This document shows positions 42,960-61,055 of a stretch of DNA of 64,000 nt, piece by piece. The translations under genes and the position numbers were made by a program. The first letter of the stretch is position 1, and each line of letters begins with the position of its first letter. The DNA comes from the human T2T-CHM13v2.0 reference genome, Homo sapiens: the NCBI RefSeq assembly GCF_009914755.1, contig NC_060929.1; one strand, given 5' to 3'. The notes beneath the pieces were generated by a model. It did no database searches. It was not told the origin of the DNA and was given only the letters and a program-made list of their open reading frames with translations.

Positions 42960-44460
42960 TTTTTAATTTTCATCATAAACATTTAATATATTATGCAGGA
43001 GCCTTTCAAATCAGTGAAGAAAAGCCCTACTCAATAAATTGTTGGGATCAATTGTCTAGAAAAAATACATCACAAGAAAATAAGTTACAAATGAATAAAA
43101 TATACACAAATAAAATTAAATCAACTGAAAGAATATTAGACAAAATGTGTGGATTCTGCTTATGCTCATGAATTGGGTAAGTTCTAAACATATAAAAAAA
43201 GAAGCAAAACCAAAAATGTATTATAAATTTAATTATATGAAAAATTAAGACAAGTCTATTGAAATATGTAATTTCTAAGTGAGAAAATTCAAAATATTAA
43301 CATTAATTGACAATAAAGTTACACCTCTGACATAAATGTTAATGCATTTAGCGCAAATGATGGACTGAAAGACTTGGATACTAATGCCTCACAAAGGGTG
43401 AAAGGAACTATTTTGTGGGCTGAAAACATGAGAGAGCCACAGACAACCCTTAAAAACAGTGAGAAAAAGATTAAGAATTTAATAGAAAGATGGACAATCA
43501 GCATGAAGAAACAGTTAATAGGCAAAGAATATGAATGGCCAACAAACAAAAGTACAATCAAAACTATAATGAAATAAACACAAATTAAAATGATAAGATA
43601 TTTTAGTTATCAGATTAACAATGATTAAAGTTTGATAATGACTCATATTGGCAACAGTTTGAAAAGAAACCCATCACTTCTCCAGAACAAGTGTGTATGA
43701 ATTGATATAATCTTACACCTGCTGAAACTCTTTGACTAAGTAATCTTATAAGTTTATCCTAAACTTATGACAGCACAAAGGTATAGAACTATTCCTACAA
43801 AGTTTTTTACTATAAAAAACATTAACAACATTTATGCACATCCATAAAATTGTGGTTTTATAAATCACACTATATTCTGAGTTGTGATATAGTCACAGTA
43901 TAAAACTGAGCTCTGTGCAACTGTTCAAAATGTTAGGAAGATCAATATATTCCAACATAGAGATGCAAAGTATATTGCTTAGCAACGAAAGCAAGTTGTG
44001 GAAAAGTTTAAAAATTGGAATGGATAATAGCATATTGTTAAGAATATTAGCTCTGGAGTCAGAATCCCTGGTTTGAAAGTAAACTCTGTTATTTAGTGTC
44101 ATACATTGATGACATTCCTTACTCTTTTGGGGCTCAGATTACTTCCTTATTTGTTATAATGGGAGTGGTAATAACACTACCTCAAAGGATTTTTATAAAA
44201 CATAAGTATGACTGGATATGGAAAATGCTTAACTCATTGTCTAAGCCTACTCAATAAATGTTAGATAATATTATTATCACATTTATGTTTCTATATACTG
44301 TGCTTAATAGATACACAAAATATGCTAATGATAGCCACTCCTAAGAAATGATATGATGGTGGAAATAGCAGTAGGGATGGAGAGAGAATGGAGGATTATA
44401 TTTGGTTCTATATTCTGTAAAATTTTGATGAGCATGTGGTTCCTCAATAATAAATCATAA
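42960..44460 (+). mobile_element. Old L1ME-like fragments with embedded MIR (~44025-44280)
   Basis: Decayed ORF2/3' motifs; MIR core gctctggagtcagaatccctggtttgaa...ctcaataaatgttag. Confidence 0.6.
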
Positions 44461-44698
44461 ATGTTTCCATTTTAAATCCTGAGTTTCTCTCAAAATACTT
44501 CTTCAGGATCTAATATGGATAATATGCAATATAGAAAATACAAAATTCTTTCATATAACTTTCTTACTATCTTTAATTTACATAAAACATTTAATTTAAT
44601 TAAAAAAATAATGTGTGGGAGGGTAACACACTTGCATTTATTCTAAAGTTGAAGAACACTTATGATTGATATAGTCATGTGTGAGAAACCCTAAATGA

Positions 44699-45074
<376 letters not shown>

Positions 45075-45507
45075 TAAGCCATCATCTTCTAAACTGCAAG
45101 ATATTTTCTCCCTCCCCCAACACAGGTTTGTAACTAAAAATACCCCAAACTAACTTAACTTTATCTGACTCCTTCTGCAAAAACTGTACAAAAACTCTGC
45201 TCTTCTCCTTGAAGATAAAGCACTTTTTCAAAGCTGAACCATTGCAACACTTTTTGATAAAAGGCTACCCTTAAGGGTGCTCAGGTTGGTTTTGTTCTAT
45301 AGTTTTTGGTGCTGGAACTCAGCTCACATTAACCCCAGATTCCTTCCTGGATAGCCTAACAGGACTTACTGATATCACCCTCCTCAGGGTCCTGGCCTGG
45401 ACAGTTGAATAATTTCTAATGTGATGAGCACTGCAATTGTTTGCTTCAAGTACTGCCTAAGTTTGTGTTCTCTTTTTCTCTCTGTCTCTCTCTCTTCTTT
45501 TTTTGTT

Positions 45508-45523
45508 GGGGGGGGGGGGGGGG
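45508..45523. repeat. Poly(G)16 homopolymer
   Basis: 16 consecutive G. Confidence 0.95.
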
Positions 45524-46009
45524 TCCTTGGAATAGCCCCTTGATTGGAATTTGATTACTTAGGGCACTCAGGAATGAGACAGGTATAGTGCCAAGATCCT
45601 TGTCTATTATTTGCCTATTGTTGTTTATCATTTGTATATGAATTTGTCAATAATTCAATGAGCCTCTGATTTATTATCCAGCTTCTTACATATACAAATG
45701 TTAAGATGTGACTATAACTAAATATTTCAAACTCTGGCAATATTTTAACAGGAACAATTTACATTGGTGGTTATTCTGCAGAACTGTAGATAGACTAAAG
45801 CAATTTAGCCAAGAGCTTTCCCCAAGGTTCTTCCCATCAAAATTGATTAGTAAAAAATCCAAGTCCTAGCTCCCAGATCTTGCTGTCTGGACCATTCTCC
45901 AATCCAAGGAACCAGAGCTCCTTGACGAAATACCATATTCTAGGACCAAAGCAGAAGATATAAAAGATGATGCTGAAGCAGCTGTGTTGCCAGAAAAAAA
46001 AGAAGATAT

Positions 46010-46011
<2 letters not shown>

Positions 46012-46056
<45 letters not shown>
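46012..46056. repeat. (CA)n microsatellite
   Basis: About 22 perfect units. Confidence 0.97.
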
Positions 46057-46062
<6 letters not shown>

Positions 46063-46079
46063 GATGAGGACTGAGAACA

Positions 46080-46935
46080 AAAAGTTCTTGATGACCAATG
46101 CTGGAATAATTTGAGCAAGAAAATAAAAACAGTATTTCTTTGTAACCATTATAATCCAAAGTATAGAATAAATATCCATAGGTCTCTCGTCATTATATAA
46201 ATAAATAATTGAATAAGTAAATTAATATGAGATAAGAGATAAATCTCCTGAGGTTTCCAAATAATTTATTTAAGTAGTTAGCCTTCAAGAGGAGGAATAT
46301 AATGCCCCATTCCTTAAATGTGGGCTATGTATAGGGTCCAAAAAGTACAGCGTGGAAAGGGGGAAGGAAAGTAACTTTATAGCGGAGATATATGGCAAAT
46401 GACCCCAGCCAGGTGATTAAGGGAAACAACAGTGATAAATTATGTTGATAGTATGTACCTTTAAAAAGATGTGATGGAAATCACACTTTTCCTGTGGTGT
46501 TTCTCCCTGAAGTCTAAAACCCATTAGCCCCAGTCTAATCATGAGAAAAGAATCATAAACTTTGAATATAGGAGCATGCTACAAAATGTTTGACTAGTAA
46601 TCCTCAAATCTGTCGAGGTCATCAAAAGAAAAGGAAGTCCAAGAAATTGTTACAGCCAAGGAGAGACTAAGGAGACATGATACATAAAGGTAATATGGTA
46701 CCCTATCTGGAATTCTGGTACAGAAAAACATATTAGGTAAAAATTAAGAAAATGTGAATAAAGTATGAACTTTAATTAGTAATACATCAATATTTCTTCA
46801 TTAGCTGCTGCAAATGTACCATACTAATGTCGGATGTTAATATTAAGGGATCTGGGTACAGAGTACATGAGAATTCTCTGTATTGAATACTCACCTTTTC
46901 TGTAAATACAAAACTGTCCTAAATTACAAAGTAGA
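46080..46935 (+). mobile_element. L1MC/L1MD 3' UTR fragment
   Basis: Same family motifs as 28500-29335 (aagtaactttatag...cagccaggtgat...aaatgtgaataaagtatgaactt). Confidence 0.75.
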
Positions 46936-47714
46936 GTATAAAAATTCCGATCCTAAAAGAGGAAACAATAAATCTGTCCTAGACTTTCTAGATCATATCA
47001 CTATCTTAGGAGAATATTTGCAATGAGGGAGAAGACTTTACAATTGTCCTGTCTTATCATTTGTCAATATTTTAAATAAAAGGCACACCAGAGGAAATTT
47101 TCTGTTTTAGCACAAAATACAGAATGCAAAATGACAAATGAAAACTATATATAACAGAATGATATTCCTGTCATAACTGCTGGTAATATAAGCAAGAAAT
47201 ATCCATGCAATTGTGAAAACAGAATGCTCTATTTGACCCTCTATCCTCAGCTCTACTACTATCCCATCATCCCTCCCTCAGAGTAGGAGTGTGAACTCCT
47301 CAGATTCTGCTTTTGCCTCAGCTACCTTCTATCTGCTGAGTTCCTCTGTGCAATCTCTCACCTGGGAATCTGTTGGGACAAAAACAATTGTGTAAGCAAG
47401 ACACCATTATAAAGTGTGAATGAGGCAGCTTCTTTCTGGAACTGCCAAGAGGAGAAAAATTCCTGGCTTATAACTTAATGATTGTACAGATTAATAATCT
47501 GATTCATCTCCTGAAATCTCTCAGACCTTGAATATGTTCCCAATAGCCTCAAGGTCAAAGATAATTCAGATGTGGGAAACATAAAAGAGAATTTCTTAAA
47601 GATCTGAATTGGTCTAGCTATGCCCTTACGAAAACTGGCCAAATACTAAATTTAAAAGGAGGCTACTTAAGGATTGTGATCCATCATATCTGTATACCTC
47701 CAGAAAGGACTTAT

Positions 47715-47925
47715 TATATGGTCCATGGGACAAAACGGGTCTGTTGTCTGTTTTTGCAAATAAAGTTTTATTTGAACGTAGCTATGACTATTCATTTATG
47801 TATTTTCCGTGGCTACTTTGTTACTGCAATGACAGAATTGAATAGTCATGACAGGAACTAGATGACCTGAGAAACCAATAATATTTACTGTCTGGCACTT
47901 TAGAGAAAATGTTTGCTAACCTTTG
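47715..47925. mobile_element. MER58A (hAT-Charlie MITE)
   Basis: ctgtttttgcaaataaagttttatttgaac...aatatttactgtctggcactttagagaaaatgtttgctaacc. Confidence 0.85.
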
Positions 47926-48279
47926 ATCTAAGCTATGATGTTACAGAAATTAGAAAGTGCATCCCTTGAAGACTGAATGCTATTTATGACTTTTACTAGC
48001 ATATTACCGTAGCACAACTTAGAAGATGCCTTGGTTACGCTGATAGTTTTAGACATTTGATTATTAACTTTTCTACACTGGCTGACCCTTATATAATCTC
48101 ACAACCTCTTTTGCTCTTATCTAAGGTCATGCCTTGGACAAACACAATAAAACCTGACTTCTTTAAGTGAAAGGATTTAAACCCCTCTACCCTTTGCCTT
48201 AGTAATTACCAAAAATCCTATTTTTCATTTGTACTCAAAGATTTGGAAAAACTTTAGGGATTCAAACTCAGTAGCACAA

Positions 48280-49030
48280 CTATTTTAAGTGATTATGGTC
48301 AAGATTTTTTTCAGCTGATGAAAGATATCAAGCAATATAATCAAGGTATATTTTAATCCTTCAGTAAGATAAATACAAAGAATATACTTCATAGAATTTA
48401 AAACATCTGTAGAACTAAAAGGCACAAAATCATAACACAAAAATAGTTTGAAGACGTAAGTGCAGTTGAATAGTTCTAATAAACTTGAAGAAATATTAAT
48501 ATATATATTAATGTTAGACCTTAACCATTAAAATTTTAATCTCTATGATAACCACTAAAATAGAAAAAAATGAGTAATACACTTTTAAAAGGTAAAGTAA
48601 ATTTTGAAAGCATTCATTTAGCCCAAGGAAAGCACACAAGTAAGGAAAAGGAACACGGATCACTTGAGATAAAATGGAAAATAAATGGATCAAAACCCAA
48701 ATATATCAATTATTGTAGTAAATATAAAAGGACTAAATATTCCAATTTAAAAAATGTTTTCAGACTGGAGTAAAAACAAAATGTTAAATAATAATTATAT
48801 GCTCTTTAAAAGGGGCATACAAAATATAAGCAGTCGGAAAAGCTGAAAATAAAACTATGGAAAATGATTATGCAAACTATAATTTTAAAATCAAAAATTG
48901 ACAGTATAAGAAGTACGTATTATAATTCTTCGGATAAAATAGTTTTGCATCTCTAAAGTTCATTTTCTATGGAATTTATAAACCAAATATTAATAACTAG
49001 ATTAAAAAGGCATTTATTTGAAGAAAATGG
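48280..49030 (+). mobile_element. Old L1M fragment (ORF1 end/ORF2 start remnants)
   Basis: ccaaatatatcaattatt...taaatataaaaggactaaatattccaatt resembles decayed endonuclease N-terminus. Confidence 0.5.
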
Positions 49031-49103
49031 AGAAACACAAATAATACAAGTAATAGCTGAATAACTAGGATTGAGAAAGTCAAGATGTATTTTTGGAAGT
49101 TAG

Positions 49104-49632
<529 letters not shown>

Positions 49633-51803
49633 TAACCTTCTACAGTGGGGATGGATGTAATTCCAAAAAAAGAAACTGAGATCACTTGAACCAAACCAGC
49701 AGAAATAGATGCTGGGCAGCTAATGAAAGAAACATTTATTATAGTTGGTTCAAATAACATCTGTGGACATTGAATCAAATATGGTATACTTATAACTTTA
49801 GATAAAACTTTTATTTTTGTAATAGTTTTTAACAGTAAATGGGAATTTCAGCTTGACTGTTGTCTCACCATGAAGAAAGCACTTAAACATGTATATCCTA
49901 TGCCTAAAGTCATTTACTTTCGTGAAGTTCCTGATGCATGAGAATCATCTGATGGGAGTGTAGCTGTACAAAGGCGGGTGAAGACAAAATTACAGCAAAA
50001 TATGATCTTTCCTGACAATGAAAAAAATGCTACAAACACATAGTTTTTTGAGGCAAATTTTCAGTAAAATTATTATTTTTTATATATTGGTAGACTTGCT
50101 TTCTAGGATTTCTGGCAAAATATAATACTGCCGTGGGAATGCAGTGTTAATCTACTGGCTAAAAATATTACCTAACTGACTTTCTTAAGTAATTCAAAGG
50201 GACATGTAGAAGTCAGTACATTTGACACCCTGGTTAAAAACAAAAAGGAGTGCAAAAATGGTATTTTCAGAGTCAAATTTCTAGCCTGCAACTCCAGGAG
50301 ACTCCTTCAGGATCAAAATCAAATAAAGGGGTCCAAACATTTTGTGGTTGTACATTTTGTACATTTCCTATGTAAACTTTCTTCCAGAGGCAATTATAGC
50401 TCTCACAGAAAAATATCTTTGGAACGATTTTGGGCGGTCTAGCTTGAGAATGATTTTTCAAGTGTCATGCAGTTATTAACTTCTAAGTCTCTGCCTTTGT
50501 ACAATGTTCAAGAATAGCTACTTTGTTCTTATTGCTAATCCTGACCCTGCCAAATTAAGAGCCTTGCTTGTTCATAACGGTCTGATGGCACCAAAGAACC
50601 AATTGATAACTACTTAATAATGGTGTAATCTTTAGCATAGGATTAATGGAAAGATTGATGAAAACCAGAAGTTTCACCACTGACTGTATAACTCTGATTT
50701 TACCTATAATTGCCTCAAAACTTTGAAGTATCAAGAATAATCAATAGCGCATCAAGCCAATCCTTGCAGTGACATGCAGACTCTCACAGGCATTAGTAAT
50801 ACTGAAGAAAGTGTATGACTAGCTCATTCTTATGAATCAACAAAAGGTTCCTCTCCCTAAATTCATTGTCCTGAGGAGGATCCTCCCTGGAGCGAAAGGA
50901 CTGAGAGCTCAAGCATTTTCATTGTTACTGGAATCTCTCTGATGAATTAAGACAATTCCAAAAAAAATTTACTGTAGAAAAAGTTAACAAGACCCTATCC
51001 CACTTAACTTTTTCACTTCCCAGAATCTCATTCTAGGGTAAGAGGCAGTCAGAATTGATGATTCAGACTCAAAATTAGGACCGAAATATTTGTAGGCAAT
51101 GGATGATTTTGGCTCAGTGTTTCGTTCAAACCAAAAGTCCTTTCCAACCAGCTATTCTGAAACAGCAGAAACGTATGAAGTATAGGAAGCCCAGTGTATT
51201 ATGGTGAAATGCCTTGTTATTCAGAGTGTCCTGTGGGCTAGCAACATGAGCTCTTAGATAACTCATTGAATTAAATTCTGCATTTAAAAATTTATCTCCA
51301 GCTGATTTGTATGCATAGTAAAATTTTACAAGCTTTGGAAACAAATTGTAGCTGAAAGTAAAAATGAGAAAAATAGACTTCCATTTTCAAAAACTCTTTC
51401 CCCTTAAAACCTTCAAAAGTATCATTAAGACAGTAGGTAAAAGTAGCATCACAAACCTGCCAGGCCGCTGGTGATCACCAGTTACAAGTAGAAACATCAA
51501 GAACAAAAGCACCAGAAAATAGGGTCAACCAGAGGACTGATCACAATCCCAGTCTTCTCTCCAAGAAATAAATGTGAGCAGAACTGGCAACTTTGTACAG
51601 AATAAACTCAAAATGTTCTTGTACAATCGAGTGGGGAACAAGACCCCCAAATCCATTAGCACATGGTTACTGGATATTGTAAGATAATGGTGTTTCTATG
51701 CTAATGATTTCCCTTTATACCTCCATCTTTTTTGCATGAGTTCAAATTCATAGATGCCACCAACTACTTGATATTTATAATTGGATATTTAATATCCAAT
51801 TTG

Positions 51804-52378
<575 letters not shown>

Positions 52379-53671
52379 TTAAAGAATAAAAACAAAATAA
52401 ACTATAAGCTCCATGAAAGGCAAAAACTTGATCTTTCTTATAAAAATGACATAATACATCTTTAAAAACAGATAAAATTAATACTTATTAAGGTATTTTA
52501 TGGGAGAAAATTTGAAGGGAAATACAAATAGATCTTTGAAAGAGCAATTGAGAGAGTAAAAAGAAAACTTCTATTTCATTACAGGCTGGTGAAGCCATTC
52601 AGTTAGTTAGATATGCCATTCAACTAGTTAGATATTTCTTAAACTGAATATGGAAAGAGGGATTCGTAGAAACCTGAGAAAGTCAAATAATTTATAATTT
52701 ATAGAAAAAAACAAAAACAGTAACTACATAATGTATGATGTATTTTATTGATTACTTGATTAATTAACAGAATATCCATTAATACTATGTTAATCCAAGA
52801 ATCCAGCCAAGACCATGAATCACAAACACGAAAGGGAAGCAAGTCACATAAATCACAGGTCCCCATAGACATAGAACAGATAATATTCTGATCTGATCTT
52901 TGACAAAATCCACTAATGCGATAATTTTTAATGTTTGTATTTTTTTTGTTCTTTGTTGTTTGTCCCTCCCTGGATATGATAAAAAATTCCTTATTCTATC
53001 TCCAACTTCTATTGAAGTAATCATGGCTTTGTCCTATTTACTTGCAGATTTGAGGTAACAAGATACTCATTTTTCACTACAGCTCAGCATCTATCTCAAT
53101 TGCATTTATTCAAAAACTGGACAGGAATTTTCTCTAGTTTTTTTTTTCACTTGATCAACTTTAAAAAATGATCAATTTGATAGAATCATTCAGAATACTA
53201 AATCCTCTATGACTTGAGGTTTTAGAAGAGATTTTCAAGAAGAAAACCTCTCTCTCTTATTCAGCTATACCTGTCCTTGTGATTGCTATTGGCCTTCTTA
53301 AATCTTTTATGGTGGCTCAAGACTTTTCTTTTTTTTGTGTGTGTTTATTTATATTTTGTTCCCAGTTTTTCACTTTAAAATCTAGTTTTCTTTTTTTTTG
53401 TATCTTTATATCTCGTTCTCAGTTTTTCACTTTAATCTCTGGTTTTCTTTTATTATTATTATTATTATTATACTTTAAGTTTTAGGGTACATGTGCACAA
53501 TGTGCAGGTTAGTTACATATGTATACGTGTGCCATGCTGGTGCACTGCACCCACTAACTCGTCATCTAGCATTAGGTATATCTCCCAATGCTATCCCTCC
53601 CCCCTCCCCCCACCCCACAACAGTCCCCAGAGTGTGATGTTCCCCTTCCTGTGTCCATGTGTTCTCATTGT

Positions 53672-57492
<3,821 letters not shown>

Positions 57493-57540
57493 TTATTTTG
57501 CTGGTTAGTTGATGCAGTTTCTTCCTAGTCTCGATGGTCT

Positions 57541-58558
57541 TTACATTTTGGCATGATTTTGCAGTGGCTGGTAACGGTTGTTCCTTTCCATGTTTATTGC
57601 TTCCTTCAGGAGCTCTTTTAGGACAGGCCTGGTGGTGACAAAAATCTCTCAGCATTTGGTTGTCTGTAAAGTATTTTATTTCTCCTTCACTTATGAAGCT
57701 TAGTTTGGCTGGATATGAAATTCTGGGTCGAAAATTCTTTTCTTTAAGAATGTTGACTATTGGCCCCCACTCTCTTCTGGCTTGTAGAGTTTCTGCCGAG
57801 AGATCCGCTGTTAGTCTGATGGGCTTCCCTTTGTGGGTAACCCGACCTTTCTCTCTGGGTGCCCTTAACATTTTTTCCTTCATTTCAACTTTGGTGAATC
57901 TGACAATTATGTGTCTTGAAGTTGCTCTTCTCGAGGAGTGTCTTTATGGCGTTCTCTGTATTTCCTGAATTTGAATGTTGGCCTGCCTTGCTAGATTGGG
58001 GAAGTTCTCCTGGATAATATCCTGCATAGTGTTTTCCAACTCGGTTCCATTCTCCCCATCACTTCCAGGTACACCAATCAGACATAGATTTGGTCTTTTC
58101 ACATAGTCCCATATTTCTTGGAGGCTTTGCTCATTTCTTTTTATTCTTTTTCTCTAAACTTCCCTTCTCGCTTCATTTCATTCACTTCATCTTCCATAGC
58201 TGATACCCTTTCTTCCAGTTGATCGCATCTGCTCCTGAGGCTTCTGCATTCTTCACGTAGTTCTCGAGCCTTGGTTTTCAGCTCCATCAGCTCCTTTAAG
58301 CACTTCTCTGTATTGGTTATTCTAGTTATACATTCTTCTAAATTTTTTTCATAGCTTTCAACTTCTTTGCCTTTGGTTTGAATGTCCTCCTGTAGCTCAG
58401 AGTAATTTGATCATCTGGAGCCATCTTCTCTCAGCTCGTCAAAGTCATTCTCCGTCCAGCTTTGTTCCGTTGCTGGTGAGGAACTGCATTCCTTTGGAGG
58501 AGAAGAGGCGCTCTGCTTTTTAGAGTTTCCAGTTTTTCTGCTCTGTTTTTTTCCCCAT
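57541..58558 (-). pseudogene. ORF1: Disrupted L1 ORF1
   Basis: ATGGGG start at 58558 followed by an extra A; fragment MKEKMLRAPREKGRVTHKGKPIRLTADLS; further frameshift near 57640. Confidence 0.9.
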
Positions 58559-59012
58559 CTTTGTGGTTTTATCTACTTTTGGTCTTTGATGATGGTGATG
58601 TACAGATGGGTTTTTGGTGTGGATGTCCTTTCTGTTTGTTAGTTTTCCTTCTAACAGACAGGACCCTCAGCTGCAGGTCTGTTGGAGTACCAGGCCCTGT
58701 GAGGTGTCAGTCTACCCCTGCTGGGGGGTGCCTCCCAGTTAGGCTGCTCGGGGGTCAGGAGTCAGGGACCCACTTGAGGAGGCAGTCTGCCCATTCTCAG
58801 ATCTCCAGCTGTGTGCTGGGAGAACCACTGCTCTCTTCAAAGCTGTCAGACAGGGACATTTAAGTCTGCAGAGGTTACTGCTGCCTTTGGTTTGTCTGTG
58901 CCCTGCCCCCAGAGGTGGAGCCTACAGAGGCAGGCAGGCCTCCTTGAGCTGTGGTGGGCTCCACCCAGTTCGAGCTTCCCAGCTGCTTTGTTTACCTAAG
59001 CAAGCCTGGGCA

Positions 59013-59195
59013 ATGGTGGGTGCCCCTCCCCCAGCCTCGCTGCTGCCTTGCAGTTTGATCTCAGACTGCTGTGCTAACAATCAGCGAGACTCCGTGGGCA
59101 TAGGACCCTCCGAGCCAGGTGTGGGATATAATCTCCTGGTGCGCGATTTTTTAAGCCTGTCGGAAAAGCGCAGTATTCGGGTGGGAGTGACCTGA
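59013..59195 (+). pseudogene. ORF0: L1 antisense ORF0, truncated at 60 codons
   Basis: MVGAPPPASLLPCSLISDCCANNQRDSVGIGPSEPGVG...RVGVT then TGA. Confidence 0.85.
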
Positions 59196-60169
59196 TTTTC
59201 CAGGTGCCGTCTGTCACCCCTTTCTTTGACTAGGAAAGGGAACTCCCTGACCCCTTGTGCTTCCCGAGTGAGGCAATGCCTCACCCTGCTTCGGCTCGTG
59301 CACGATGCGGGCACCCACTGAACTGCGCCCACTGTCTGGCATTCCCTAGTGAGATGAACCCGGTACCTCAGATGGAAATGCAGAAATCACCCGTCTTTTG
59401 TGTCGCTTAGGCTGGGAGCTGTAGACCTGAGCTGTTCCTATTCGGCCATCTTGGCTCCTCCCTCCAAGACTTTTCTTAACACTCTCCCTATAAGTTAATA
59501 ATGTTTAATGTGAAACCTAGGTACTCTGTGAACCTCTTGGAATGACATGAAAAATACAGTGTCATGCAGTTTTATATCTTGGGGCTTTGAAAAAAGGTTC
59601 CAATCTCTTTCAGCTTTGTATCATCCATAGTATATAACTCAGAACCATAGATATGTCTCTTATGATTGAGTAATTCTTTGTCATCTTGTGGTATACTAAT
59701 TTGAGTAGACTCTAAATGCAGAGCATGTTAATGTGAATGTTATCGTGAGGTTTCAAGTTTGTCTTCAACATCAAACCATTGCCTTTCTGGCACTGCTGAT
59801 CATTAAACAGAAAAATAATAGTCATCTTGAATTTTCTATTAGAAACCATCAAACATACCTCAATACATATACTAACAATAATCACGTTAAAATTGTATGG
59901 CCTATAAATCCAAATATAAAATAAAATCATAAAATGAAATTTCAAATGCCAATTTCGTTTGAATTTTTAAAAAATACTCTCCCTAAACACATCTTCTATA
60001 GAATCACTATCATTCTTATTATTAGGTGATTTATGAAACATATCAGCTAAGGTATTTAGGGGATTATAATCTGAATGCAGTGTAGCCTTTCTACTAACAA
60101 AATAAAGAAAAATATTACTTGGTTTTTAGTGATTATGAGAACATGCACTAGAAAAAAATGAGAAGGAAA

Positions 60170-61055
60170 CCCACAATCATACATCACCTTACATGTTAGA
60201 ATGGCTTTTGTCAAAAAGACAAAAACTAAAGTGTTAGCAAGGATTTGGAGAAAAGGGTAGACTTGTACACTGTTGGTGGGAATGTAAATTAGATGAGCCA
60301 TTGTGTGTGGATGTATGTGTATGAGTATGGAAGTTCCTCAAAAAATTAAAAATAGAACTACCGTGTGATCCAGCTATCCCACTTCTGGATGTAAATGCAA
60401 AGGAAATTAAATCAGTATGTCAAAGAGATATCTGTACTACCATGTTATTGCGGCATTGTTCACAATAGCTGAGATATGGAATCAGCTAAGAGTTCATTGG
60501 TAAATGAATAAAGTAAATGTGAGATATATATATATGTATATATATATACACACACGTATATGAATACTATTTATCCTTTAAAAATATAGAAATCCTGTCA
60601 TTTGTGGCAACATAGATGGATCCAGAAGACATTGTGCTAGGTGAAATAAGCTAGACACAGAAAGAAAAATACTGCATGATCTCACTAATATGTGGAATTT
60701 AAAAAATTGAACACATAGAAGCAAAGAGCAGAATGGTGAGTCTGGCCAGAGACTGAGACTAGGTGAGGGATGTGGCAATGTTGGTCAAAGGATACAGAGT
60801 TTCAGTTAGGAAGAATAAGTTCTGGAGACCTATTGTACAGAATGGTGACTTAATTAATAATATTGTATATTGAAAATTGCTAAGAGAGTAGATCTTAAAT
60901 GTTCTTGCAACAAAAAATGATACATATGTAAGGTGATGATATGTTAACTAGCTCTGTTTAATTATTTCACGTTGTATACATATCAAATCACCATGTTGTA
61001 CATTGTACAAAAATATATACAATTTTTATTTGTTAATTTTACCTTAATTAAGCTA
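60170..61055 (+). mobile_element. L1MA-type 3' fragment
   Basis: gttagaatggc...cactgttggtgggaatgtaaattag...ttgaaaattgctaagagagtagatcttaaatgttct. Confidence 0.88.
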
